Below, in pieces: positions 55,524-64,000 of a stretch of DNA of 64,000 nucleotides (position 1 is its first letter; each line of letters begins with the position of its first letter). Where the stretch lies: assembly GCA_023389575.1 (NCBI GenBank), contig JAEWEG010000045.1, positions 13,230 to 77,229 on the forward strand, read 5' to 3'. The notes beneath the pieces were generated by a model. It worked only from the letters and a program-made list of their open reading frames with translations. It was not told where the DNA came from and made no database searches. The DNA is from Chloroflexota bacterium (GTDB lineage: Bacteria; Chloroflexota; Chloroflexia; Thermomicrobiales; UBA6265). The position numbers and the translations under genes are program-made.

Positions 55524-56564
55524 GTGAGCGTGAAGTTGGTGCATGTGGGCCTTGGCGGATGGGGTGGCGACTGGGAGATGAACGCGATCCCACCAGTCTC
55601 CGAGATAGAGCGTGTTGCCTGGGTCGATGCCCATGAGCCAACCCTGGAAACGGCGAAGAAGAAGCTGAACCTTCCCGAGGACCGGTGCTTCACCTCCATC
55701 GAGGATGCCTTCGCGGCCGTGGAGGCCGACGCCCTCCTGATCACCGCGCCCCAGCAGGCACACATTCCGCTCGCCATCCAGGCCATGGAGGCCGGCAAGC
55801 ACGTCCTCGTGGAGAAGCCGCTCGCGGTCTCGGTCGAGGAAGCGCGCCAGGGGATCGAGGTGTCGGACAGGACCGGCAAGATCCTGATGGTGAGCCAGCA
55901 GTACAGGCACTATCCGGCGGTGCGCAAGGCGGCCCAGCTTGTCTCGGACAAGCACTATGGTCCGGTCGGAACGATCAATGTCGACTTTCGCAAATGGGCG
56001 AACAACGCCCCTCGCGAGGGCCACAAGCACTATTTCATCCAGCACCCGCTGATCTACGACATGTCGATCCACCATTTCGACCTGATGCGACTGATCATCG
56101 GCGAGGACGCCGTTCGCGTCTACGCGAAGCCGACCGACCCGCCCTGGAGCAAGTTCGAACAGGAAGGCGCGGCCGCCATCACCATCGAGTTCGAGGGCGG
56201 GGCCATCGTCTCCTATCGAGGGAGCTGGGTGAGCCCGGGCCGCCCCACCAACTGGGCCGGCGAATGGAACCTGGAGTGCGAGAAGGGCAACATCTTCTTC
56301 ACCAGCCGAGCCGGTGGCGAAATCGGCGTCGGTGGCGACGAGGTACGGGTGACGCCCACCGGCGAGGAGGAAGAGAAGGTCCGCCTGGTCCAGCCGCGCT
56401 TCTGGGGACGCTCGGCCGGTCTGGTCCGCTTCGCCGAGGCCATCGCCAGCGGCACCGAGCCTGAAACATCGGCCCGCAACAACCTCGGCAGCCTCGCGCT
56501 GATGGAAGCGGCTGGCCGGGCATCGATTTCCGGCAAGGTTGAAGACGTCGAGAAGACCTCCTGA
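55524..56564 (+). CDS. Gfo/Idh/MocA family oxidoreductase
   Basis: GTG 55524 follows GAGGGGG. VHVGLGGWGG and VEKPLA. Confidence 0.8.
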   Translation: MSVKLVHVGLGGWGGDWEMNAIPPVSEIERVAWVDAHEPTLETAKKKLNLPEDRCFTSIEDAFAAVEADALLITAPQQAHIPLAIQAMEAGKHVLVEKPLAVSVEEARQGIEVSDRTGKILMVSQQYRHYPAVRKAAQLVSDKHYGPVGTINVDFRKWANNAPREGHKHYFIQHPLIYDMSIHHFDLMRLIIGEDAVRVYAKPTDPPWSKFEQEGAAAITIEFEGGAIVSYRGSWVSPGRPTNWAGEWNLECEKGNIFFTSRAGGEIGVGGDEVRVTPTGEEEEKVRLVQPRFWGRSAGLVRFAEAIASGTEPETSARNNLGSLALMEAAGRASISGKVEDVEKTS

Positions 56565-56582
56565 TCTCGAGGATGACCGCCG

Positions 56583-57059
56583 ATGTTCAATCACGCCCCC
56601 GATGGCTACGATTGCCCGTTCTGCCGCCTGGCTCGCGGGGAAAACACCTCCCTCTCGAGCCAGGCTGACCTGGTCTACCGGGACGCGGACGTGATCGCGC
56701 TGGTCTCGATCGACTGGTGGCCGAACAACCAGGGCCACGTGCTGGTGATACCGGTCCAGCATTTCGAGAACGTCTACGACCTGCCACCGGAACTGGGAAC
56801 GCCGCTCCACTCGGTCATCCGAAACGTCGCCCTGGCGATGAAGGATGCCTACGGTTGCACCGGCGTCACCATCCGGCAGAACAACGAGCCAGACGGGTCG
56901 CAGGATGTGTGGCATCACCACACGCATGTCATCCCGCGATACAAGGGCGACAACCTGCACCGGTCTCGTTTCGTGCCCAACTCGCCGGAGGAGCGAAAAC
57001 CCTACGTCGAGCAGTTGCGCGAACGGCTCGGCTGGCGGGAACCTGGGGACACGCGGTAG
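56583..57059 (+). CDS. HIT (histidine triad) family protein
   Basis: N-terminal CPFC and the histidine triad HHHTHVIP. Confidence 0.85.
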   Translation: MFNHAPDGYDCPFCRLARGENTSLSSQADLVYRDADVIALVSIDWWPNNQGHVLVIPVQHFENVYDLPPELGTPLHSVIRNVALAMKDAYGCTGVTIRQNNEPDGSQDVWHHHTHVIPRYKGDNLHRSRFVPNSPEERKPYVEQLRERLGWREPGDTR

Positions 57060-57155
57060 CGGTTGCCATTGAAGAGAACCCGAACTCGGGTTGAGCGCGA
57101 TCCTCCAGCGCGGCCACGTGCGTCGCCACTGGAGTCCGCGTCGGAGGATCGCCGA

Positions 57156-58670
57156 ATGGCGGAAGACCAGCCCAATATCCTGCTCATCACCAGCGACCAG
57201 CAACACTGGTACACGCTCGGCCGGGACAACCCACGCATCCAGACGCCCAACCTCGATCGCCTCGCCGGCGAAGGCGTCCAGTTCGACCGCGCCTACTGCC
57301 CGAATCCCGTTTGCTCCCCCTCCCGTTCATCGATCATCACCGGGCAGTACCCCTCCAGCCATGGCTGCTGGACCATTGGCGTGAAACTCGCCGAGGACAT
57401 TCCCACCGTCGGCGACGCGCTCCAGCGGGCCGGATACGCCACCTCGTTGATCGGCAAGGCCCATTTCCAGCCGCTCGGTTCCACTCCCGAACAGGAATCG
57501 CTCGAAACCCCGGAGAAGATTCGCGACCTCGACTTCTGGCGGGAGTTCACCGGCCCCTGGTACGGCTTCCAGAATGTCGAGATCGGCCGCATGCATGGCG
57601 ACGAGTATCTCGTGGGCCAGCATTACGCGCTGTGGATGGAAGAACAGGGATTCACGGACTGGCGCGACCATTTCATGCCGCTGCCGGGGGAACTGGCCCG
57701 ACCCACCCGGCGCGGTTCGTGGGAGTTGCCAGCCGAATACCACTACACCACCTGGACGGCGGAACGCACGATCGCGGCCATCGACCGCGACGTCGCCGGA
57801 ACGCCGTTTTTCACCTGGGCCTCGTTCCACGATCCGCACCCGCCGTACGTCGTTCCCGAACCGTGGGCGTCGATGTACGACCCGGACGACATGGAACCAG
57901 GCACGCTCAAGGTCGATGAGCTGCAACTGATGTCGATGGCCCACCAACTCACCCAGGAAACCGAGCCCGACTTTTCCGCCTGGGCCGAGTCCGGCTTCGG
58001 CAATCACGGCTTCCATAGTCACCTGGTGGACGAAGCGCAACTTCGCAAGGACATGGCGATCTATTACGGCATGATCAGCTTCATGGACGCCGAGATCGGA
58101 CGCATCCTCGACCGGCTGGACGCCCTCGGGATCGCCGAGTCCACCGTCGTTGTCTTCACCACCGATCACGGCCATTTCCTGGGTCATCACGGGCTAACCG
58201 CCAAGGGCGCCTTCCACTACGAAGACCTCATCCGCCTCCCGTTCGTGGTCCGCGCGCCGGGCATGACGCAACGCGGCACGCGCAGCGGCGCCTTGCAGAG
58301 CCTGGTCGACCTCGCGCCGACCTTCCTGGACTACGCCGGCCTGCCAATTCCCGGACTGATGCAGGGCGTCTCCCAGCGGGAGGTCTGGTCAGGCGAGCGG
58401 GCATCGGCCCGCGACTGGGCGATTGTCGAGAATCGCCACCAGCCAACCCGCCTTCACCTGCGAACCTACGTCGAGGACCGCTACAAGCTCACGGTCTATC
58501 GAGGCGAGGAGTACGGGGAGCTGTTCGACCTGGTCGAAGACCCGCAGGAACGCCACAACCGCTGGGCCGACCCTGACTTCGCCACCATCAAGGCCGACCT
58601 CATGTACCGCTTCATCCAGGCTGAGATCAGCCGCGAACAAACCCACTTCCCACGCATCGCCAACGCCTGA
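57156..58670 (+). CDS. Cys-type sulfatase, no signal peptide
   Basis: ATG 57156 follows GGAGGA. NILLITSDQQ and the formylglycine target motif CSPSRSSIITG. Confidence 0.85.
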   Translation: MAEDQPNILLITSDQQHWYTLGRDNPRIQTPNLDRLAGEGVQFDRAYCPNPVCSPSRSSIITGQYPSSHGCWTIGVKLAEDIPTVGDALQRAGYATSLIGKAHFQPLGSTPEQESLETPEKIRDLDFWREFTGPWYGFQNVEIGRMHGDEYLVGQHYALWMEEQGFTDWRDHFMPLPGELARPTRRGSWELPAEYHYTTWTAERTIAAIDRDVAGTPFFTWASFHDPHPPYVVPEPWASMYDPDDMEPGTLKVDELQLMSMAHQLTQETEPDFSAWAESGFGNHGFHSHLVDEAQLRKDMAIYYGMISFMDAEIGRILDRLDALGIAESTVVVFTTDHGHFLGHHGLTAKGAFHYEDLIRLPFVVRAPGMTQRGTRSGALQSLVDLAPTFLDYAGLPIPGLMQGVSQREVWSGERASARDWAIVENRHQPTRLHLRTYVEDRYKLTVYRGEEYGELFDLVEDPQERHNRWADPDFATIKADLMYRFIQAEISREQTHFPRIANA

Positions 58671-58733
58671 CACCGCGACGTCGCCAGGTCGAGCGCTTCT
58701 TGTTCGACCTGAGAACAAAGGATGTGACCCGAC

Positions 58734-59933
58734 ATGACCGACCCCGTCGCCACGCCCGAGCATGCCGCGCTCAGCCCATCGGAACTCGCGAGCCTGAGCA
58801 TCGTCGATATCCAGACCATGACCTTCCGTCATACGTCCCACGTCGGACGCGACACCAAGGGGCACGGCCATCCCGCCGAAGCCCATGACGCGATGAAAAC
58901 CATCACCAGGATTCGCACAAGCGCCGGCGTCGATGGGTACTGCGTCGGTGGATCGCCGGAAACCGCCGCCGTGGCCATGCGAATGGTCGGCGACATGAAC
59001 CCGCTTTCCCGCGAAGCGATCTGGATCGAATTACTGCAGGCCCAACGCCTCGAGCGTCGCGCCATGGACGACCGGAATCTCGCCGCCATCGACTGCGCGC
59101 TCTGGGATTTCGCCGGTCGTCTGACTGGCATGCCAATCCATCGGCTCCTGGGCAGCTTCCGCGATTCGGTGCCGGCCTATGCCAGCTCGATGTGTGGGAA
59201 CGACATTCCAGGCGGGCTGGACTCTCCCGAGGCCTACGCCGATTTCGCGGCCGCCTGCCAGACCCAGGGATACCCCGCCTTCAAGCTCCACACCTGGATG
59301 GCGCCCTACGGCCCAGATCTGGACCGGGACATCGCCGCCTGCCAGGCGGTACGCGAGCGGGTCGGCCCGGACATGAAGCTCATGCTCGACCCGCATCATG
59401 ACTACACCCGCGAGGAAGCACTCAAGCTCGGCCGCGCCCTCGAGGAATTGGGCTACTACTGGATGGAGGAGCCGATGAACGAACACAGCATCTCGTCCTA
59501 CATCTGGCTCACCGACCAGCTCGACCTGACGATCGTTGGTCCGGAGACCGCCGAAGGACAGATGTACACCCGCGCCGAATGGATCGTGCGCGGCGCCTCC
59601 GATGTGTCCCGCGTCGGCGTGTGGGATGTCGGTGGTATCACTCCGGCGATGAAGGTCGTTCACCTCTGCGAATCGTTCCGCGTGCGATGCGAGGTCCATG
59701 GCGGCGGCGCCGCCAACCTCCAGGTCCTCGGGGCAATGGGTATCCCGGGCGAGTTCTACGAGAAGGGCCTCCTGCATCCACATGTCGACCACGACGCGGA
59801 GTCGCCGTGGCTGAAAACGCCGATCGATTCGATCGACGAGCAGGGCAATGTGGCCATTCCCCAGGGCCCTGGCCTCGGCGAGGACCTGGACTGGGATTTC
59901 ATTCGGGACAACATGATCAGTGATTGGGCGTAA
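58734..59933 (+). CDS. Enolase-superfamily enzyme (mandelate racemase/muconate lactonizing family, sugar-acid dehydratase-like)
   Basis: FKLHTW, KLMLDPHHDY, YWMEEP metal-ligand segments. Confidence 0.8.
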   Translation: MTDPVATPEHAALSPSELASLSIVDIQTMTFRHTSHVGRDTKGHGHPAEAHDAMKTITRIRTSAGVDGYCVGGSPETAAVAMRMVGDMNPLSREAIWIELLQAQRLERRAMDDRNLAAIDCALWDFAGRLTGMPIHRLLGSFRDSVPAYASSMCGNDIPGGLDSPEAYADFAAACQTQGYPAFKLHTWMAPYGPDLDRDIAACQAVRERVGPDMKLMLDPHHDYTREEALKLGRALEELGYYWMEEPMNEHSISSYIWLTDQLDLTIVGPETAEGQMYTRAEWIVRGASDVSRVGVWDVGGITPAMKVVHLCESFRVRCEVHGGGAANLQVLGAMGIPGEFYEKGLLHPHVDHDAESPWLKTPIDSIDEQGNVAIPQGPGLGEDLDWDFIRDNMISDWA

Positions 59934-59963
59934 CGCGGCCTGCCGCAAGGGTGGACAACGACG

Positions 59964-60683
59964 ATGAACCTCAACGACTTCGACGCGCTCAGCTTTGATT
60001 GTTACGGCACTCTGATCGACTGGGAAACCGGCCTGAGGGCAGGGCTCGAGAAGGTGGCCCACCTCGGATCGCCCTCTCCCGATCTCGACTCGCTGCTGGA
60101 AACCTACGGCGCCTGCGAAGCCGAGGTCGAGCGCTCACAGCCGGGACTCCGCTATCCGGACGTCATCGCCCGGTCGGCGATCGCCGCCGGAGCGATCCAC
60201 GGCATTTCCGTACCCGAGGCACTCGCGAGCGAGATCGGCGATTCCGTACCCGCCTGGCCGGCCTTCCCCGACTCCGCGGAAGCCCTCGCCCGCCTGAAGG
60301 CCCGCTACAAGCTGATCATCCTCTCGAATGTCGACCGGCGATCATTCGCCGGAAGCAACGAGCGTCTTGAGGTGACCTTCGACGCCATCCTCACCGCCGA
60401 GGACATCGGTTCGTACAAGCCCAACCCGGCCAACTTCGAAGCCCTGCTCGCGAAAATCGACGAGTTGGGCATCGCCCGCGACCGCCTGTTGCACGTCGCC
60501 CAGAGCCTGTTCCACGATCACGTCCCGGCGAAAGCGGCCGGTCTGTCCACGGTCTGGATCGATCGCCGGGCCGGCAAGCAGGGCACCGGCGCCACCCCCA
60601 ACCCCTCGTCCGCCGTCCAGCCAGATTGGACCTTCACCTCCATGGCCGAATTCGCCGACGCCGTGGAAAGCGAGACACGCTAA
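59964..60683 (+). CDS. HAD-superfamily hydrolase, haloacid dehalogenase type II-like
   Basis: ALSFDCYGTLIDWE (DxYGT nucleophile motif), ILSNVD, SYKPNP, HDHVPAKAAG. Confidence 0.8.
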   Translation: MNLNDFDALSFDCYGTLIDWETGLRAGLEKVAHLGSPSPDLDSLLETYGACEAEVERSQPGLRYPDVIARSAIAAGAIHGISVPEALASEIGDSVPAWPAFPDSAEALARLKARYKLIILSNVDRRSFAGSNERLEVTFDAILTAEDIGSYKPNPANFEALLAKIDELGIARDRLLHVAQSLFHDHVPAKAAGLSTVWIDRRAGKQGTGATPNPSSAVQPDWTFTSMAEFADAVESETR

Positions 60684-60835
60684 TACGCCTTGCCATGCAC
60701 CGGTAGGGAGGTCCTGGACAACCATCAGCGGTTATGTCCCTTACGCGCCCTGGTTGTCGTATGGGCTTCCGCGGGCCACGCCAACGGATCGCCTTCTGGT
60801 TCACGGCTGCGTTCCAGAACGACACGAGCGAAACA

Positions 60836-62452
60836 TCACCCCGCCCGGAGCACCAGCACCCAATCGCCCGGCCGATCGCCCATTTGAGGCTCAGGCGGGC
60901 TGAACGTGCCGCCGTTCACCGGGGATTGCTCGCCCAGGTCACCGGTTCGCGGGTTGAACCAGGCCGCCGTGGCGAATGCATCGCCGCCTCGGACCGTGAC
61001 CTCGCCACCAACCGGCAGGTACACCACCGCCAGGTCGCCCTCCGCCGAAGCAAGCGCCAGCGGCGCATACCCTCGACGCTCGTCCGCGCTGGTCGCCAGT
61101 TCCGGCGCGGGCGTCATTTCCTCGAACGGAGCGATCTCGGTGAAGAAGCGCCGGACATGCAGCAGGTGGGCCAGGCCTTCCTGATCCTCGTCCAGTTCCA
61201 TGACCGGCCCCCACGAGTTCTCGAATCCGTGGATGATGCCGACCCCGCTCATCACGCCGCGCCACGCCCCTCGCCGGGTGTGATCGGCGTCGCACCAGCG
61301 ATGCCCCAGCATCATCGGCGGTAACTCGGGGTTGAACTCGTAGCCCCACTCCGAGAGTACCGCCGAGCCGGGCCAGTCGTGCAGGCTCTCGCGAATCCGG
61401 TCCTCGATTCCGGCGGCCAGCCAGCCGTGCTGCTCGCTCGTGGTGCCCCACGTCTGGAACATCACCGTGTCGATCACCGTCGGGTCACTCGCGAACCGCT
61501 TGCCGAACGACGGCAGTTCCGGACCGTTATGGATCGCCACCACGTGCCCATGTGGCGCGTGCCGTCGGACAAGGTGCGCCATCCGGATCGCCCACCGGTC
61601 CGCCACGCCGCTCCGCGCGTAGTGCCAGTCGCCATTCGGGTAATACTCGTACTCGTTGTGCAGCTGCCAGAACCACACCGCGTTGTACGCGTCGTACCGC
61701 GCCAGCAGATACCGCACCCAGAGTTCTTCCCACTCGGCCACGAAGATGTTGCGGCTGTTGAACGGGAACTCGTCGCCCCACGCCTGCATGATCATCTCGA
61801 TCCCGATCCCGAGCGATTCCGCTTCCTGAACCACCCAGTCGACGGTGCGGAAATACTCCAGGTTGAACTGGTCGAAGCGCGGGTTCTGCGGGCTGCCGCG
61901 CCAGGGCCACAGGCTGCGCGTCTGCCAGGTGCTGTATCCATCCACCTGATGAAACTCGCTGACGGGCAACCGGATTCGCAGCAAGTTGAACCCCTGCTCG
62001 GCCCGGCGCCTCAGGAACCGGCCCACCGCAGCCTTCCCCTCGGCGTCGTTATGCGCCATGCCGAACAGGTGGTACACGGTGTCGCCGAAAATCATCACCG
62101 GCTCGCCGTTCTCGAACGTGAATCCCCAGGCCTCTCCCGGTGTCGAGCGCAGGAATCCACGCGGGTCACCTTCGGCCACCTCGAACGTCCCTGCTCGCTC
62201 GAAGTCCGGGTTCGGTGGCGTCGACTCCAGCCGCCAGCGCCACTGGCCCGGCTCGCCCGGGTTGAACCGCACCTTCCACTCGTTTCCGCCATCGTGGAAG
62301 CCCTCGATCGTCGATTCCTTGCCGGAGGGGGCGACGAAGACGGCCCGCGCGGTGACACCGGTGAACGGTTCGGGGTAGTCGTGGCTCGTGGAAAAGCTCC
62401 ACTCGCGGACCTCGCGGAGCGGAAGCCTGGTCTCGTTGGTGTCGAGTGTCAT
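60836..62452 (-). CDS. DUF5060 + DUF4038 (GH140-like) glycoside hydrolase-type protein
   Basis: ATG 62452 follows GGGAG. N-terminal beta-sandwich (FHDGGNEWKVRFNP) and a TIM-barrel-like body (FNLLRIRL, WQLHNEYEYY). No signal peptide. Confidence 0.7.
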   Translation of the reverse strand: MTLDTNETRLPLREVREWSFSTSHDYPEPFTGVTARAVFVAPSGKESTIEGFHDGGNEWKVRFNPGEPGQWRWRLESTPPNPDFERAGTFEVAEGDPRGFLRSTPGEAWGFTFENGEPVMIFGDTVYHLFGMAHNDAEGKAAVGRFLRRRAEQGFNLLRIRLPVSEFHQVDGYSTWQTRSLWPWRGSPQNPRFDQFNLEYFRTVDWVVQEAESLGIGIEMIMQAWGDEFPFNSRNIFVAEWEELWVRYLLARYDAYNAVWFWQLHNEYEYYPNGDWHYARSGVADRWAIRMAHLVRRHAPHGHVVAIHNGPELPSFGKRFASDPTVIDTVMFQTWGTTSEQHGWLAAGIEDRIRESLHDWPGSAVLSEWGYEFNPELPPMMLGHRWCDADHTRRGAWRGVMSGVGIIHGFENSWGPVMELDEDQEGLAHLLHVRRFFTEIAPFEEMTPAPELATSADERRGYAPLALASAEGDLAVVYLPVGGEVTVRGGDAFATAAWFNPRTGDLGEQSPVNGGTFSPPEPQMGDRPGDWVLVLRAG

Positions 62453-62460
62453 TGGTCTCC

Positions 62461-62943
62461 CTAGTGGCCCTGGGAGCGACGCCAGCGCGGCACGACCCAC
62501 CAGAGCGCGATGATGATGGCGGCGAATCCGCCAGCTATTGTCCACGACGCCCACCGCCCGGCAATCACCTCGGACATCACAAGCTGGGTGGCCAGCACGA
62601 GCGCGATGGACAGTGGCACCAGCCCGGCGATGATGTATCGGGTAGCGATGTTCTTGAATGCCTCTCGGTCACGCAGCGGGCGCTGCAACCGGTGCTGCGC
62701 GGCGGGCGCGGAGAACAGGATGAGGCTCAGCAACGTACAGATGAAGGTGACGACATAGACGGCCTTCTCCTCGTCGCGAATTTCAGCGAACCCGCCGTTG
62801 AACGGCAGGATGATGAGAAACGCGGTCAACGTCTGCGCTCCCGGCAAGAGCACGCGCATCTCGTTCAGCATGTCGCTGAGGTCACCGTCCCCCTGTTCCT
62901 CGGCGAATTGCTCGGCTCGTGTCTTGGCATCGGTTGGTGGCAA
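62461..62943 (-). CDS. DUF6328-like membrane protein
   Basis: LNEMRVLLPGAQTLTAFLIILPF followed by three further TM segments. Confidence 0.6.
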   Translation of the reverse strand: MPPTDAKTRAEQFAEEQGDGDLSDMLNEMRVLLPGAQTLTAFLIILPFNGGFAEIRDEEKAVYVVTFICTLLSLILFSAPAAQHRLQRPLRDREAFKNIATRYIIAGLVPLSIALVLATQLVMSEVIAGRWASWTIAGGFAAIIIALWWVVPRWRRSQGH

Positions 62944-63105
62944 TTAGCGGTCCCTTCTGGCGACTCTGGATAAAGTGTCACGAATGATACGCTGGAAGTG
63001 GATGGCGACACGCGAGCCCAAGATGTTGCCCGCGCATCCATCCTCGGCCGCGCCGGATACGCGCTCGTCACGCCTACCGGGCACGGCGTCAGGAGCACCA
63101 ACGCG

Positions 63106-63915
63106 ATGACCAGGCACGACATCGACCCACGGAATCCCGGCGAGACCGACGCGGAAGAACCGGACGAGCGATGGACCATCACCCGGCGAGCCATCGTTGC
63201 CGGCCTCGCCGGTGTCCCGGCGCTCTCGACGGCCGCCGTCCTTGGAGCGGGCCTTCGTCACGATGACGACGACGACCACGACGACGAGGACACGCATGAT
63301 GACGACCATTCGGATGACGACCATGATGATGACCACGACGATTCTGACGACGACGATGGTCCGGCGCGCACGCTGGAAGACGGGTCGATCGAGGTTCGCA
63401 TCACCGACGACGACTCCGACGGGTTCACGCCCCAGTCCCTCACCATCCAGCCGGGCCAGTCAATCACCTTCGTGAACCGCGACGACGATGCCCATACCGC
63501 CACCGGGGCTGACTGGGATACGGGCATCCTGCAACCTGGCGACAGCGCGACCATCGCCTTCGACACGCCTGGCGAGTTCGCCTATGCCTGCCAGATCCAC
63601 CCCGTCATGACCGGAACCATCATGGTGGAAGGGGCGGTCGCCACCCCGCAAGCGTCTCCGGCGGCGTCTGGAGACACCATCAGCATCGTCAATCTCGCCT
63701 ACGACCCACCCCAACTCGATGTCGCCGTGGGGACGACCGTCACCTGGACGAATGACGACCAGGTTTCACACACCGCGACAAGCGCCGACGGCCTGTTCGA
63801 TACAGGAACCATCGGCGCTGGGGAGTCAGCCGGCATCACATTCGACGAGGCGGGCACGTTCGAGTATGTCTGCGCGTTCCACGCTGGCATGCGCGCGACG
63901 GTGGTTGTGAGCTAA
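63106..63915 (+). CDS. Tat-signal protein with His/Asp-rich tract and two cupredoxin domains
   Basis: ATG 63106 follows AGGAG. Twin-arginine motif TRRAIVAGLAG. Domain 1: DDAHTA...YACQIHPVM. Domain 2: VSHTA...YVCAFHAGM. Confidence 0.8.
   Translation: MTRHDIDPRNPGETDAEEPDERWTITRRAIVAGLAGVPALSTAAVLGAGLRHDDDDDHDDEDTHDDDHSDDDHDDDHDDSDDDDGPARTLEDGSIEVRITDDDSDGFTPQSLTIQPGQSITFVNRDDDAHTATGADWDTGILQPGDSATIAFDTPGEFAYACQIHPVMTGTIMVEGAVATPQASPAASGDTISIVNLAYDPPQLDVAVGTTVTWTNDDQVSHTATSADGLFDTGTIGAGESAGITFDEAGTFEYVCAFHAGMRATVVVS
63259..63357 (+). repeat. Coding low-complexity His/Asp tract
   Basis: 33 codons, HDDDDDHDDEDTHDDDHSDDDHDDDHDDSDDDD, built from GAC/GAT/CAC/CAT repeats. Confidence 0.9.
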
Positions 63916-63928
63916 CCAGCCCTCACAT

Positions 63929-63952
63929 CGGCCGGGGCGTGGTCCCCGGCCG
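63929..63952 (+). terminator. Hairpin after the di-cupredoxin gene
   Basis: CGGCCGGGG-cgtggt-CCCCGGCCG (9-bp stem), 14 nt after the stop. No T-tract. Confidence 0.45.
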
Positions 63953-64000
63953 GCACGGCGTCACGCCGCGATCACCCGGACCTCGACCGTGTCACCCGTA

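Noticed and set aside
63259-63357. A GAC/GAT/CAC/CAT-rich repetitive DNA stretch as a possible tandem repeat or CRISPR-like element.
   Set aside because: It lies in-frame inside a well-supported CDS and simply encodes the His/Asp tract. It has no repeat-spacer periodicity.
1-64000. A genomic island, prophage or integrative element.
   Set aside because: There is no integrase, transposase, tRNA attachment site, flanking direct repeat or obvious compositional shift. The only AT-richer patches are short promoter regions.

Overview
High-GC bacterial chromosomal segment (about two-thirds G+C by eye, not computed). It is densely coding. I call 58 CDS, several GC-rich terminator-type hairpins and one operator-like palindrome. 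I saw no rRNA, tRNA, CRISPR array, transposase, integrase or phage genes. GGAGG-type ribosome-binding sites, twin-arginine signal peptides, an F420-type LLM oxidoreductase and azurin/auracyanin-like cupredoxins fit Chloroflexota (Thermomicrobia-like) or Actinomycetota, but taxonomy cannot be settled from the sequence alone.

Content, left to right:
- S41 peptidase (cut by the window edge) and an LLM oxidoreductase.
- A YdeP-type molybdoenzyme facing an fdhD-fmdE-mobA operon.
- Sugar and sugar-acid enzymes: Gfo/Idh/MocA oxidoreductases, TIM-barrel isomerases, SMP-30 lactonases, a DHDPS-family aldolase.
- A CNNM/CorC-type membrane protein.
- A MoxR-DUF58-DUF4129 triad.
- amt with no glnK.
- An XRE regulator followed by a secreted tandem cupredoxin.
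- A BMP-type ABC transporter operon with duplicated binding proteins, a DUF3830 gene and an unassigned terminal gene.
- A P1B-4 metal ATPase behind a Fur-family-like palindrome.
- MMPL transporter, small membrane protein, NarL-type response regulator and histidine kinase.
- An XDH-family molybdoenzyme plus allantoinase.
- Assorted hydrolases, and nth.
- A five-gene copper-chaperone operon (Sco, PCuAC, TlpA::CcdA, two orphans).
- A cytoplasmic sulfatase / enolase-superfamily / GH140-like cluster.
- A Tat-signal di-cupredoxin with a His/Asp tract.

Nothing here is demonstrably a new system. The best leads are:
1. The copper operon, whose last gene is a cupredoxin homologue with rewritten metal ligands.
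2. The two multi-domain cupredoxin proteins.
3. The unassigned last gene of the ABC operon.
4. amt followed by a hairpin and a 47-codon hydrophobic ORF instead of glnK.
5. The 7-1-7 palindrome upstream of the P1B-4 ATPase.

All family calls rest on motifs read by eye. No database search or RNA-model scan could be run. Many start codons were re-picked using ribosome-binding-site context and remain uncertain by tens of nucleotides.
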